A stretch of DNA of 64,000 nucleotides, from assembly GCA_964252035.1 (NCBI GenBank), contig OZ176208.1; one strand, given 5' to 3'. The notes under the pieces were generated by a model. It was not told the DNA's origin and did no database searches. It was given only the letters and a program-made list of their open reading frames with translations. A program made the position numbers and the translations under genes. Positions 12,148 to 24,911 of the stretch are shown in pieces (position 1 is the first letter of the stretch; each line of letters begins with the position of its first letter). The stretch is from Podarcis erhardii. Its lineage: Eukaryota.

Positions 12148-12510
12148 CTTCCAGTCAGACATTCCAGCTCTAGTGATTCATCGCCATCTGCTCCTTGTCA
12201 AAGTTGTTTATTACGTAGTTCATCACATCCTCATTAGTCAATCTTTCTCAACACCCGTCCTTTGTTATCAGCCTGTTTGTACGTCCTTTGTTATCGGCCT
12301 GTTTGAAGTCAAGTCTCATGAGTTCAGCACTTCTTCCTCACTTTGCTTGCCAACCTTATCAGTCCCACAAGTCTTAAGGAGACTCCATTTTAGAGTGGTG
12401 TTCTTCAGCCTAAAAACAGGCCCACACTCATTCCTCCATTCATACCATAAATCTCTAATGAATATGATTGTTATTTACACTATTGTACAGTGTACCATTA
12501 CACTAGTGTA

Positions 12511-12736
12511 CAGTGGTACCTCAGGTTACATACGCTTCAGGTTACAGACTCCGCTAATCCAGAAATGGTGCTTCAGGTTAAGAACTTTGCTTCAGGATGA
12601 GAACAGAAATTGTGCTCCGGCGGCGCGGCGGCAGCAGGAGGCCCCATTAGCTAAAGTGGTGCTTCAGGTTAAGAACAGTTTCAGGTTAAGTACGGACCTC
12701 TGGAACAAATTAAGTACTTAACCTGAGGTACCACTG
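12511..12736. mobile_element. Tigger/pogo-like MITE (226 bp)
   Basis: TIRs CAGTGGTACCTCAGGTTA...TAACCTGAGGTACCACTG flanked by TA on both sides. A second copy lies inverted at 33743-33968. Confidence 0.92.
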
Positions 12737-13376
12737 TACATGTCTTTGAACACAAAGCTGTACACTTAATTTATTTTTACTTTAGCTACTAACATACCAC
12801 TCAGTTCCTCAAGTTTCTAAGTGGTGCACATACACATTAGAGAAAGCATAAATTACGGCACTTCCTCATTGCAAAACAACCCACTCTTTCATGAAACAGT
12901 CTTTCTAGAGAAGTTGTAGAGTCTAGGCTTTGACAAACAGGCTGGATGGCTATTATTCAGACCAGCTGCATATACCCCTTCTTAGGGAATGTGGTGGAGA
13001 GGAGCACGGTGGCTCAACTGCAGGCATTGCAAGATGCTGCTGAGACTCATTCCAGTCTGGATTCAGACTTAGACAAATCACCTTTATTGAGAACATGACA
13101 AGGAGAGGGCAGCATTGCTCTTTCTTACTTATGTCTTTGGGGCTTTGGTGTTGACCATGGTAACTGGACCTGCTCCATGGGATGGGTAACAGCGGCACTG
13201 CGTCACAGTGGCTTTAGCCCTACTTATGCAGCCAACTCCCAAGAAAAGCATTGGAAGAGTATTCTCTCTCCCCCCCCCAACATTGAGGTTCTGTGGGCTC
13301 TAATTTCCCCCCATTGCTATTGAATACCAGTAATCAATTGCTGTTGGGAGTGGCTAGTAGAATTCAGGGCAAGGTG

Positions 13377-13850
13377 TCACCAGTATGCTGAAGGTTCTAT
13401 TTCTGCATCAATCTGAATTGTGAGAGGTTGTGCTGGTCCTGGCCTAATGCTGGATGCAGAGGTGGGCTGGATGAGGGGGAATAAATGGAATTTAAATCCT
13501 GGAATGGAAGAGGCTCTGAGGTGAGCGGTTCCTGTGTCTGAGGAATTGGTCTTTACCTCTCTGAATGAGCCAGTATGCCCCTGGATCAATAATGTCTTTG
13601 GAGACACAGTGGCTGTGGTCATTTCTGAACTAGGATAACCTGACCGCAGTAGTCCAGGCATAACTGGTGACTTCAAGACTGGATTATTGCAGAGCATTAT
13701 ATAGCAATGCACTCTGTGTGGGGCTCCCTTACAGTTGATCCAGTAACTGCAGGCTGTGCAGAATGCTGTAACATTATTGCTGACAGTAAGGGGACCTACC
13801 AGCATAGTACACCCCTTCTCAAAGATTGGCATGGCTGCTGATGTGCAACT
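13377..13850 (-). mobile_element. Older L2 LINE fragment
   Basis: The minus-strand sequence aligns to L2 motifs: cagcagttactggatcaactgtaaggg...tgcattgctatataatgctctgcaataatccagtcttgaagtcacc (Q.VQNAAA / LDYCN region in the opposite sense). Confidence 0.7.
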
Positions 13851-16800
13851 AGGCCAAGTTCAAGGTTTTAATATTAGTATGTAAAGCCCTTAACAGCTTG
13901 TGACCAATTTCATTGCCGTACCCCATACACACCTCCTGGACTGCTTGAATCTGCAGAATTTGCACTTTTAAAAGTCCCATAAAATGTACAATCTGCATCG
14001 GTGATGAGTTGAGCTTTCAGTGTTGTAGCACCTATACTTATTAACAATAGCTATGTGTTTAGAATCACATACCTGAAGTTTGCTGTAGTTTTCTCTAATG
14101 GCTTTATTTTTATTTTTTTAAATAGCTGTGTTAATTAATATAATTGAGTTTTGTTTGCCTTTATTTTATTCTCATAATTGTTTTACGCACAATGTCACTT
14201 TGAGTGCCCTTTTGCAGCGGACACAGCAGAAACATTTTATAAAGAAAGAAGTTCACCGGGGGGTGGGGAGATGTTCCAAAAGTCGGATGGACCATTTCAT
14301 TCTGGAAGACTTGATGCCGTTCTGCTAACTGAATCACCTTTCTGCACTGCTTACAGAAAAAGGATGCATGCTGAGAATTATGGATTTTCAGTTACATTAG
14401 TGAATCAATAGCAGAGTGCAGGCTGCAAGCAAGAATAGCTTCTTAGATGCATGGAACTTTTATGCCAGCACTACATGAAACCTTTGAAAATCTGGAACAC
14501 CTAAGCACCTCCTAGGCATTTGCACCTCCTGCTGATGGGCCCAGCACAAAAAGCAGCAATAGGTTAACTTTAAACCCTAAGCACTATCTTCCTGGATCAG
14601 ACCAAGTTTCATTGAATCCATCATTTTATTTCCAGGTAGGACAGCTGGATGCCTCCGGACATATACTAGCAGGGGATGATGGCATTAATACCTTGTCCTC
14701 TTGTTTATCCCTAATGTTTGGTAATCAAAGGATTGCTGCCTTTGAACATGGAGTTTGCATAATTATTGTTGCTAATAGCTGTCACATAGAAATGCAGGAG
14801 GCTGTATGGAAATTACATCTCCCATGTTCCCCTGGGTTTTGCATCCTGCAGGTTGCTACCCAACATATCAGGGGAAGGGAGAAGGAAGGAAAGGATAGGA
14901 AGTGTTCCCAACACTGCTGCCACTTGGCAGAGGATGTGCTTTAGGGTGGAGAGGCTGTTGGTGTCTCGGGCAAGGGCTGGTGGACATGTGTGGGGAGAAA
15001 CGTGGGTATTCTTCCCTGCCCATATGTTGATCCATGCTGAAGAACAACGGAGGTTCTCTCTCATTTGATGCAGCCTTTCATGAGATCCTGAAGTCCATAT
15101 CTGACTTTGGCTTGGGAGAACTTTGCAATCATCTATACACTCAGTGAGTCAGACTCCAAATAAAAGTAGACACCACATCCCGGGTACCAGTGGAACATGG
15201 GGACATAGGAAACTGTGTTATACTGAGTCAGACCATTGGTCTATCAGTTGATGCTGGGGATTGACCCTCGGACCTTCTGCAGATGAGATGCTGTGCATTG
15301 CCTTGTTGAATCAACAGTTCAGCCTAGGGGGCTAACAACATCTTCTGACTCAGTTGCTAAGCCTAGCAGCCCTTCACCCCAAACTGTCAAATAGAGTTCT
15401 CTGGCAATCTGCCCTAGAGACTGAAATGACTCAACAACATTCTCCAGAGGTGCCTGGGGGCCCACCAGGGTCCTGAAGTGTCATAGAAGCTCAAGGTTTT
15501 GAGTACAAGCCCTTTAAGAACTCTGAGGCAATCCTCCTATTACAAGGGAGGTGGAACATGCCAGGATTTGCTTCAGTGCGAGCTTAGTCTGGCCTTGACC
15601 TTCCACACTGCAAGTTGCTAGTCATGGAGCTATCCAAGGTACTGCATCTATAGCCTAGCCATAATGACATCATGTTACCGACTGCTGCATTGACCATGAT
15701 TGTTAATTTGATCAGGAGTTTTCCTTGCCCTGCAGGTATAATCTAAAAGCAGAACAGGATATTGTTTGGGTAAGAACTCTTCCATCCAGCAACCAGTCAC
15801 TTCACACAAACTATGTATCGCTGAACGTTCATCAAGCCAAGCAACACTCACATACAGAACACGTGCTGGACTTGGGCGGTTATCTAAGTTACAGAACAAA
15901 TAATTTGTGTAAGCCCTGCTTCTGATCCATTAGTTTACTTGAAAATCACTCATCCTAAACTCATAGTTATCTGGCTTTAAAGCCTCAAGGTTTGGCAGAG
16001 CTTGTTTCAATTGAAGTCAATGGCTGAACTCCTATCGACTTCAACATTGAGCTGTCCCTTACTGAGGAAATATATTGCTACCACTGTGGACTAATTCAGT
16101 CTACAATAATTTAGAAGGTTGCAAGAGATGGCTGAGATCGAAATTTCCATCTGGAAATTCAAGGCTTGAAGCTGTCTCTGGGGTTCTTTGTGTTCATAAG
16201 TAATCCTCTATAGCTCCCAGAATCATTTGCTTTCTACAGTATTCTGTGTTATTGTTTTTCTTGGTTAAGGCTCTCTGGTAATCAGATTTTTTCTTACCTT
16301 CAAGGGGAGGATATAAAGCTGTCACGTGGAAAGTTTATGTGTGCCCCAAACCTCCCAATGTAAAGCATGGGAGCCCAAAAATGTCCAAAGAGAAAAATGA
16401 AAGCTATTCTTTTGGATATAATAGGCATCTGCAAAATCAATATGGACATCTTTAGTGATTGCCACATCTGTACAAGAGATGCCCAACCACAACATCTCAT
16501 GTGTAGTGTAGAAATAAAGGGAAACCCTATTCTTCCTCTGTGTTACATGCAGACCACATGATATACATATGGTGTATTTCAACCTTAAAAGTGAGTGGTA
16601 TATAACCATGTAGTTATTGTTGTGTTTGTGTGTTTTGAGGTCTTTGTTTTCAGGGCAGAGAATATGGGCAGCCCTACCACAAAACAGTGTTGGGTGATAT
16701 TCTAGTAAGCTCTACTCAGAGTATACTCATTAAAAATCAATGGACCTCACTAATCATTTCCAGTAATTTCAGTGGATCTACCTCCCTGAGTAGTTAAAAT

Positions 16801-16900
16801 CTGTATCTTTAAACAGCCTTTAAATCTTAAGGTTTGTCCAGTATTGTAATCTATGGGCAAGGGGATGATGTTTTAGTAAACTGGGTTACATTGCACCATT

Positions 16901-16902
<2 letters not shown>

Positions 16903-16945
<43 letters not shown>
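16903..16945. repeat. (GT)n microsatellite
   Basis: Perfect GT run. Confidence 0.98.
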
Positions 16946-16948
<3 letters not shown>

Positions 16949-17082
16949 AGTTAGCCTGGGGTCTTCTGACAAAGTGTGGGATATATGGTTGTTGTTTTTT
17001 TAAAGAAATACAAATAATTAACACACATACACCCCAGCTCTATGTTCTTGCTCTAATTCTGGGATGACCACAGCTGCTTTAA

Positions 17083-17083
17083 A

Positions 17084-17131
<48 letters not shown>

Positions 17132-17133
17132 AA
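17083..17133. repeat. (AAAG)n microsatellite
   Basis: Perfect AAAG run. Confidence 0.98.
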
Positions 17134-17634
17134 AGTAACCGCAATTCTCCCATCTCTTGTCTGGTTATCAGTTAAAGAACTGCTTTTTTCAGTTTATACC
17201 ATGAAGCGTGCACACTTCTCCTTCATGATTAGCAATGCATTAAGAAAATGACAGGCATGGGACAAAATGCTACACAAACAATATTTCTCTAGAGGTACTG
17301 TAGTTAATACTCTCTGGTACCTCAAATCCATAGTGACCCTAAATCTTTCACTCAAACAGGAACTCAGAGCTCACATTGAGATAGCAGCTACTACTTTTGG
17401 CAGACTTACAAAGCATGCATTGATAGTGAGTGCTGTCACTGGACTACAATGTCATGCAAATACTTAATAAAAAAGATGCAGATCAGCAGGCTGGAGATCT
17501 CAGTTCCCTGTTGTATGGCAGCCCATGAAAAGAAACTCAACAGCTTGTGCTTCCACTCTACTAATTTCTTGGTCTTTCCTGACAGGATAAATCAGTGGTA
17601 GATATTTTCTTGGGTGGGCAAGTTTATATAGAGA

Positions 17635-17635
17635 T

Positions 17636-17674
<39 letters not shown>
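17635..17674. repeat. (TTTA)n microsatellite
   Basis: Perfect TTTA run. Confidence 0.97.
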
Positions 17675-17869
17675 TAATTCAGCTAAGCTTTACTCACAGT
17701 AGACATACTGAAATTAATGGACCTAACTTAGTCACGCTTATTGATTTCACTGGCTGTACTCTAAGTAAAACTAAGATGCAAACCACCCCCCGTCTTGTGA
17801 CTCTTCTTATATGGAGAGAAGCATTTGCTACCATAGAACATGACATAAAACACAAAAGTTCTGGTAGAT

Positions 17870-18004
17870 CAGGGGTAGACAACTTGGTGTCTTCTAGGTG
17901 TTGGACTACAACTCCTATCTCCACTGGCTAGTGACACTACTGGTTGGGGCTGATAGTAGCTGTGGTCCAACAACATCCGCACAGCACCATTTTGACTACC
18001 CCTG
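17870..18004. mobile_element. hAT-like MITE
   Basis: TIR caggggtagacaa ... ttgactacccctg with the internal palindromic actacaactcc...agtagctgtggtcc. Related pieces lie at about 28030-28135, 29870-30000, 40260-40365 and 61700-61830. Confidence 0.7.
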
Positions 18005-18689
18005 CTCTGGGTGCAACTATATGATGCCAGAAGAAGAAGAAGAAGGGGCAGTCATCATTTCCACTTTGTAATACAGTTCCATCACTGAAATAATAACAAT
18101 AATTCAAATATAAGTATTCCCATCTACTATTATATATGCATCAAATATGCAAAGTGGTGAATATTCCATCTCCTCCCCTTGCAAAAAAATAAATGAGTTA
18201 AAGGATAGCCCTCTGGCAGCCTTTTAATTGTAAAAAAAGAATGTATTACAAAGAATAAATTACTTTCATTTGTTCTGATGGCATATTCGTATGACCCTGT
18301 CATATTTATAAAGCCTGTTATTAATCTGAAGGTCTGACATCAGAGCAGCCACTTCTGTTCACTTTGGGACTAATAAAATAAACTGTTCTGTGGCACTTAT
18401 TAAAATTCCTGAAGTATGAATAGACAGCTGATATTTCTCCCCTATTAAATAATAGCAGGGGATTGACCCAAATATTATATCATTTTGGAGCTAATAGTTA
18501 AGGATGGTTGATAAATTCCAGTCTGCCACCCTAGATCATGAGCATTTTGATACTGGGATCAAAGTAGGCTAATAATGCATTGTGGAATAGAATGGTCTGC
18601 TGGAATTAGGGCTGCAATTCCTATCCATCAAACTAGATATAAAAAATATGTCTTCGTTGTTTAACTATGCAACTCGCTCCCAAAGTAGG

Positions 18690-18825
18690 CAGCAATGGCA
18701 AGCAACTTGGATGGTTTTAAAAGAGGATTAGACAAATTAATGGAAGATAAAGCTATAAATTCTACTAGGCGTGATGGCTATGATTTGCCTCCAGAGTCAG
18801 AGGCAGTAGTGCATCTGAACTAGGG
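18690..18825 (+). mobile_element. Old CR1 3' remnant
   Basis: caacttggatggttttaaaagaggattagacaaattaatggaagataaagctataaat...tgcctccagagtcagaggcag. Similar remnants lie at about 27210-27350 and inside the 8.9-9.5 kb cargo. Confidence 0.65.
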
Positions 18826-18845
18826 CCTAATGAAATGAACCCCTG

Positions 18846-19891
18846 TGTCACGGGCAGTGGGAGTCCCGGCTTGGTACGTCAGGACCGGGGTAGAGGTTGG
18901 GAAGCAGGAATCAGCAGTCCAGGGTAAGCAGTCCAGGAGTCAGGAAGCCAAGAGTCCAAGGGTCAGCAGTCCAAGGGTCAGGAAGCCAAGTGTCCACGAA
19001 TCAGGAAACCAGGAGTCAGGAAGCCAAGAGTCCATGAATCAGGAAACCAGGAGTCAGGAAGCCAGGAGTCCATGAATCAGGAAACCAGGAGTCAGGAAGC
19101 CAAGAGTCCACGAATCAGGAAACCAGGAGTCAGGAAGCCAGGAGTCCATGAATCAGGAAACCAGGAGTCAGGAAGCCAAGAGTCCACGAATCAGGAAACC
19201 AGGAGTCAGGAAGCCAAGAGTCCACGAATCAGGAAACCAGGAGTCAGGAAGCCAAGAGTCTGAGGGTCAGGAAACCAGGAGTCAGGAAGCCAGGAGTCCA
19301 CGAAGCAGGAAACCAGGAGTCAGGAAGCCAAGAGTCCATGAATCAGGAAACCAGGAGTCAGGAAGCCAAGAGTCCATGAATCAGGAAACCAGGAGTCAGG
19401 AAGCCAAGAGTCCACGAATCAGGAAACCAGGAGTCAGGAAGCCAAGAGTCTGAGGGTCAGGAAACCAGGAGTCAGGAAGCCAGGAGTCCACGAATCAGGA
19501 AACCAGGAGTCAGGAAGCCAGGAGTCCACGAATCAGGAAACCAGGAGTCAGGAAGCCAAGAGTCCACGAATCAGGAAACCAGGAGTCAGGAAGCCAAGAG
19601 TCTGAGGGTCAGGAAACCAGGGGTCAGGAAGCCAGGAGTCCAAGAGTCAGGATACCAGGAGTCACGAAGCCGAAGCACAGCTAGGTGGGCAGCATGTTGC
19701 CATGGCAAAGAGCCAGAGGGAAATGCCAATCTTATCTACCCCTCCCAGCCCTTGCCATCAGGTGCTATGTGTCTTCTGCCAAGCCTCACCTGTGCGGCCG
19801 CGCCTTGCCCTTCCAGGCCAAACTCAGGAACGCCCCAGTCCTGCGAGGCCCTACCAATCACAGGGCCTGGCTCCTTCCCGCACTCCTGACA
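18846..19891. mobile_element. Solo LTR (TG...CA) with 5-bp TSD, containing an expanded minisatellite
   Basis: Starts TGTCACGGG and ends CTCCTGACA. TSD ccctg at 18841-18845 and 19892-19896. Confidence 0.85.
18965..19665. repeat. 38-bp minisatellite, 17 full units plus partial flanking units
   Basis: aggaaaccaggagtcaggaagcca(a/g)gagtcca(c/t)gaatc recurs every 38 bp from 19003 to 19611. Confidence 0.97.
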
Positions 19892-20189
19892 CCCTGTGTA
19901 CACTGAAGCCACGGAGAAGGCCTTGCCTACACTGTCACCCCCAAACACTTCTGTTCATAGTCAGTCTGCAGGCTGAATGTATTGCTGTCTTGCCCACGTT
20001 GCTGAATTTTGGAAAGTACAGGACTGAGGAGTGGGGGAATAGCTCTTATACATACAGCACACAGTTTAGCTGTGGACTTTGCTCCCACAAGATATAGTGA
20101 TGGATACCAATTTGGATGGATTTCAATATTGTTTCGACAAAGAAATGCATGGAGGCAGTCCAAGCATGGAGGCGATTAAATAAACAATG

Positions 20190-20430
20190 GTTTATTTTAT
20201 TTTTTAAAATCATTTTTATTGATTTTCCAATAAGAAACATCCAAATAATATATCCAATCATAATACTCCAATTAAAATAAAAAACTAAAATAAAAAAGAC
20301 CAAATTATAGTCCAAATTATAATTATTAATTTTTTGGGGCTCCCCAGGGTCTGGATCCCTGAAGCATGTCTCCACATCCCAGTCCTGCTTCTCCTCGTTG
20401 TTTCCATATTTTCCACATCTCAGTTTTGAA
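20190..20430 (-). mobile_element. Possible LINE (L1-like) 3' end
   Basis: On the minus strand a T-rich UTR-like stretch ends in aataaaaatgattttaaaaaataaaataaa. No clear protein motif. Confidence 0.3.
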
Positions 20431-23400
20431 GCTTAAATCACAATGGTTTAAACCTACACAGAAGCCACATTTACACTGCATATTTACAGCACTGTGATAC
20501 TACTTTAAACAGTCATGGCATCCCCCAAGGAATTCTGGGAGCTGTCAGGGGACACCTATTCCCCTAACAACTCTCAACACCCTTAACAAAACTGCAGTCC
20601 CCAGGATTATTTGTGGTATCAAAGTGGTATCATACTGCTTTAAATTTTGCCTGGGAGAGGTACCAACCGGTGGAGGCATTACCAATATGCAGGAGACAAT
20701 GTCTGCTAGCATGCACCCATATTATCGTATGCATAAGCCTTGCATTAAAAAAAAAAAAAATCAAGGAAGAAACAAAATCCATCACACTTCTATATTGAAA
20801 GTGTTTTGTGAAAGGAACATACATTGTACAAAAGGTTGTACAGCAGCGGAATTAAATGAGCACCAGACTGTTGGATTGGAAACATGTTAATGGGCACCAC
20901 TATTACAATGAATCGAGCCACTAATCCAAGAGCTTGGGTAGAAATATGTTTTGCGGCTTTTAGTCTAATGAGGCTTGCTATGTCTTTGCTCTGTTTGAAA
21001 GCCAGGAAAAGATTACCCCACCATTTACAAAGAAGGATTAAGTATTTGTAGTACATCCTTCTCCAGTGACATCACTCGCTGTCAGGATTTGATTGCAATT
21101 TGGGACAAGGCAGCACCTTGACTGATTTCTGCGCTGAATCACACCTGCCATCCTGTAACCTGGGTCCCAGAGATCCTGCATGAATTATCTCTCATTATTT
21201 GCAAATTTGGATCTCACGGTTCACCCCAGTTCCAAATCATTTATGAATGAGATCATTAAACAGCTCTAGACTGAAAACAAAACAAAAACAGCCTCTTTTA
21301 AGCACTTTTCTCTATAGTTCCCACCATTGAGTTCCCTTAGCTGCTCTAATCATGAGGCTCTGCAAAGTTTGTGAAAAGGGTTCAACAAATTTACACAGCT
21401 TAGGTCTACCAATGGCTTTATACACAATAGACTGAATGAAGCCTTCCTATTCAAGAGCAGTATACCAGAAGCTAGGGATGCAACATGTTTTCTCCATAAC
21501 ACACTGTGTGTGAGCATCCAAGAGGTATCAGGGTGCTTGCAGTTGGAGACAGAACGGTGAACAGTAGGCAGATATTTGGTGTCATCCTGGAAAGCAAAGT
21601 TTGTGAGGTGATTAAAATAGTTCCCTCTGTTTCAAACGTTCAGGTGCAAGTGTTGCTGCTTATGTAACTACACTGGCATTGCTTTCAACTGAGAGGGAGG
21701 TGTTGTAAGGCCCAGGGAACACAAAGATTTACAAAGATTTTCAGAAATACACACACGTATGTATGTATGTATGTATGTATTTGTATTTTATATAAAAACC
21801 AAAGAGGATAAAAACCTAAAATAGCTCAATGAGGGCTGAGTGTGTTCAGTGGCCATAAAATGCTGATTGATTGATGGGAGAAATAATGAAATGGCATAGC
21901 CTGGAAGAGGGCACAGAAAACTAGTACATCACATGGTAACATTTTGTTGAAGGTCTTACTTGTTTATTTTAATGCATGTTCTGACATAGCACGTATGCTT
22001 GCATTTAATACTGAAGAATACAGAATATTTCTGACAATGACGATCAATTAATCAATATTCTCTCACCTGCAGCATGGAGATAAACATCGCCAATGTGAGA
22101 CTTCTTCATAGTTCATGCATCCTGTACTTCTGCTTCCCAGTAAAACAGAAACACCTTTTGTCTTGGTTTGCTGCTGCAAGGTGATTAAGGTAATGGAAGT
22201 CTCTTTAGCATAATGAAAACCAAATGTTTTGGAACTTCACAAAGTTAGATATGTGCATCCATCTACAGGACTCCACAACATACACACCTTGTTCCTTAAG
22301 ACCAGTGGTTGTAGTGCAAGAAATGGAAATAATGGAGTAGGAACAGCAAAATGAATCCAGTTACTCTGGCCTGGTTCAAACCTAGTGACCCTGTGGGAAT
22401 GATCCTATATGAACATTAGGAGTGAGCACTATCCCCTGTCCTCCTCCAGCATGACCATGATGTAAAGATTGGAAGCGCCTGCTTCCTGATTTAAACTAAC
22501 TACAGTTTACGATTGCAAGCCAAGATCAAACCATGATTTTTTCATCTTGACCTGTTCCAATAAACCATTGTTTAGACCAACTCTAGTTCCCAGTTTGGAT
22601 GTAACAAGAAACAATGATTAGTTTAAACCAGGAAACTAGATGCTTCTCATGTCCGCCTTGTGGGCACACTGGGGGAGGAGAAGGGAGAGGGCTATACTTG
22701 CATCCATGGCTCAAACAGTCTTAATCCCAAGAGTCAAGACTTGAAGTGGAAACTCCGTAGTATGATGTTGAAACCTAGCTTTAAACTTCCTGGGGTAATC
22801 CAGCCATGAATTCAGACAACTCTTCTGCATAGGGGTGAACTGTGTTGTACAATATCAGTTGCTGTGTTTTGCAGGTAATATCAAGACTGTGGATTGGCCG
22901 TGTTTGATATAAGTACTAGGAGCCTGGGCTTTTGTCCTTGCCTGATTAACAGAGCCTCTGACATTCTTTAGTCTTCTGCTTCCTCCTACTTCTCCACAAC
23001 GTTCAGGCCTAGATTCAGAAACTGTTATAATTTCTTACAGGCTATGGTTCAGGGGCACCAACTCTATGGATCTGCATTCCACTTTTTGTTCTGTTAGAAC
23101 TGAAAGCTACATGTATTCCTATACTTCTCTCTATTTGAACTCTGTTATGCAATTGGATATCTGCAGTCTATGTTCTTTTGTTTGAAGAATAATAGTGTAT
23201 ACGAGTAGATGTCAGTGCTTGTGCAGGATGAATGGTGATGGAGGGCTTTTGAAGTGAAATATGTCAGAAGATACTGACATCGTCATAACAATGCAGGACT
23301 TTGATTATATTCACTGAGCAGCATCGACTCTGCTGGGGCTGCTTAGAGGAGTTCAGCCTTCATTCCCAAGCTTGAACCATCCGTTATGCCTTCTTCAATG

Positions 23401-23694
23401 TACTGTGAGCCTAAAATTCACAGATAGAAGAGCCAGCTCCAAAAGTTCACTGAGGCAAGTTATTAAAAATTTGCTGCATGATGAATTTGGAACCCAATGC
23501 AGGAAAAAGAACAATGTTGCCACTCTGATGGGGGAATGTTGAGAAAGCTAATTGTAATTCAAGTTTGCTTTTTTATGTGAACACTTATTTTGAAAAGTTA
23601 AAAAAATAGGTAAGAACGTAGATAAACAGAAAGACTACTAATTTGGAGGGTGGGGGGAGACTCACAGACTATAGTCCTTAATGTGTCAGGATAG

Positions 23695-24280
23695 CCATGG
23701 GCAAATCTGTCAATTTCAATTTCTCTTTTTTATAATCTTAAATTCACTTCTCTACATTTCCACATTAATGCATGAATCATTCATTTCTTCAAAAGTTCTC
23801 ATGAAAATTCATCAGTTAATTTATCCCACTTTTCACTAATATGTCATAGTGAGGATTACATGGGGATTACATTCTAGTGATAGCACCTAAAGCCAAAATT
23901 GCATATAGTCAAAACCCATTGGGTTCAATGGTGGGTGAGATTGCTACAAATCTTTTTTCCTGGATGCCCGTCCCCTTTCCACTGCTTTTAAATTTTTTAG
24001 ATTTTTTGCCAAGCTTGTAAAGCTGAATGCACACAAATTAAATGTGCATCAGTTGTGGGCTTACTGCAATGCATTTTTGTACATTAATTTAATGAATATA
24101 TTGATTTTATGGACAATTTATCCTAGTTTATGTATTTTTGTACACATTACTGGACTGGAGAATTCAGAGAAGTGCAGATTTCAAGAGACGGCCATATTTT
24201 GGATCATGCATTGTTCTGGGAAATGAGAATTTGGTAAATTAAATGCAAGCTGAACTGAATTTCTCCCCAATCCCTATATC
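23695..24280. mobile_element. AT-rich non-autonomous DNA-type repeat
   Basis: gcaaatctgtcaatttcaatttctc ... gctgaactgaatttctccccaatcccta. Related copies lie at about 33665-35165 (interrupted), 38380-38925 and 57000-57520. Confidence 0.55.
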
Positions 24281-24450
24281 AGGCCTAAACTTAGAGTGAA
24301 ACAGTTTGAGACAGTCTGCATGTGTAATTTATGTAGACAAATCATACATGGTCAGGAAAACATGTATATCTGCACTTGACTGGAATTTGATCAGAAATTT
24401 GAGGGCCTTCCTCCTATATGGAAACCTTGTCACAATAACTTTTTAAAATA

Positions 24451-24778
24451 CAGTGGTGCCCCGCAAGACGAACGCCTCGCAAGACGGAAAACCCGCTAGA
24501 CGAAAGGGTTTTCCGTTTTGGAGGCGCTTCGCAAAATGAATTTCCCTATGGGCTTGCTTCGCAAAACGAAAATGTCTTGCGAGTTCCTGCGGGTTCCCCC
24601 CCCTTTCCTAAGGCGCTAAGCCGCTTATCAACTGATCTGCTGATAAACTGCTTAACAGCTGATCGCTAAAAGCCGCTAAACCGCTAATAGCGCTAATCCG
24701 CTAAGCTGTCAATGGGCTTGCTTCGCAAGACAAAAAAACCGCTATACGAAGAGCCTCACGGAACGGATTAATTTCGTC
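24451..24778. mobile_element. Tigger-like MITE truncated by the assembly gap
   Basis: TA|CAGTGGTGCCCCGCAAGACG left TIR. The sequence before the gap (ggaacggattaatttcgtc) matches the approach to a right TIR. CpG-rich, so probably young. Confidence 0.8.
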
Positions 24779-24911
24779 NNNNNNNNNNNNNNNNNNNNNN
24801 NNNNNNNNNNNNNNNNNNNNNNNNNNNNNNNNNNNNNNNNNNNNNNNNNNNNNNNNNNNNNNNNNNNNNNNNNNNNNNNNNNNNNNNNNNNNNNNNNNNN
24901 NNNNNNNNNNN
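24779..24911. other. Assembly gap (133 N)
   Basis: Run of N. Confidence 1.

Noticed and set aside
18845-19453. Repetitive ORFs (ESGNQESGSQ..., QETRSQEA...)
   Set aside because: Translation of a 38-bp repeat (not a multiple of 3) inside an LTR; stops recur when a unit reads catgaatc.
18965-19665. CRISPR-like regular repeats
   Set aside because: Head-to-tail tandem units with no unique spacers, in a vertebrate context with no cas genes.
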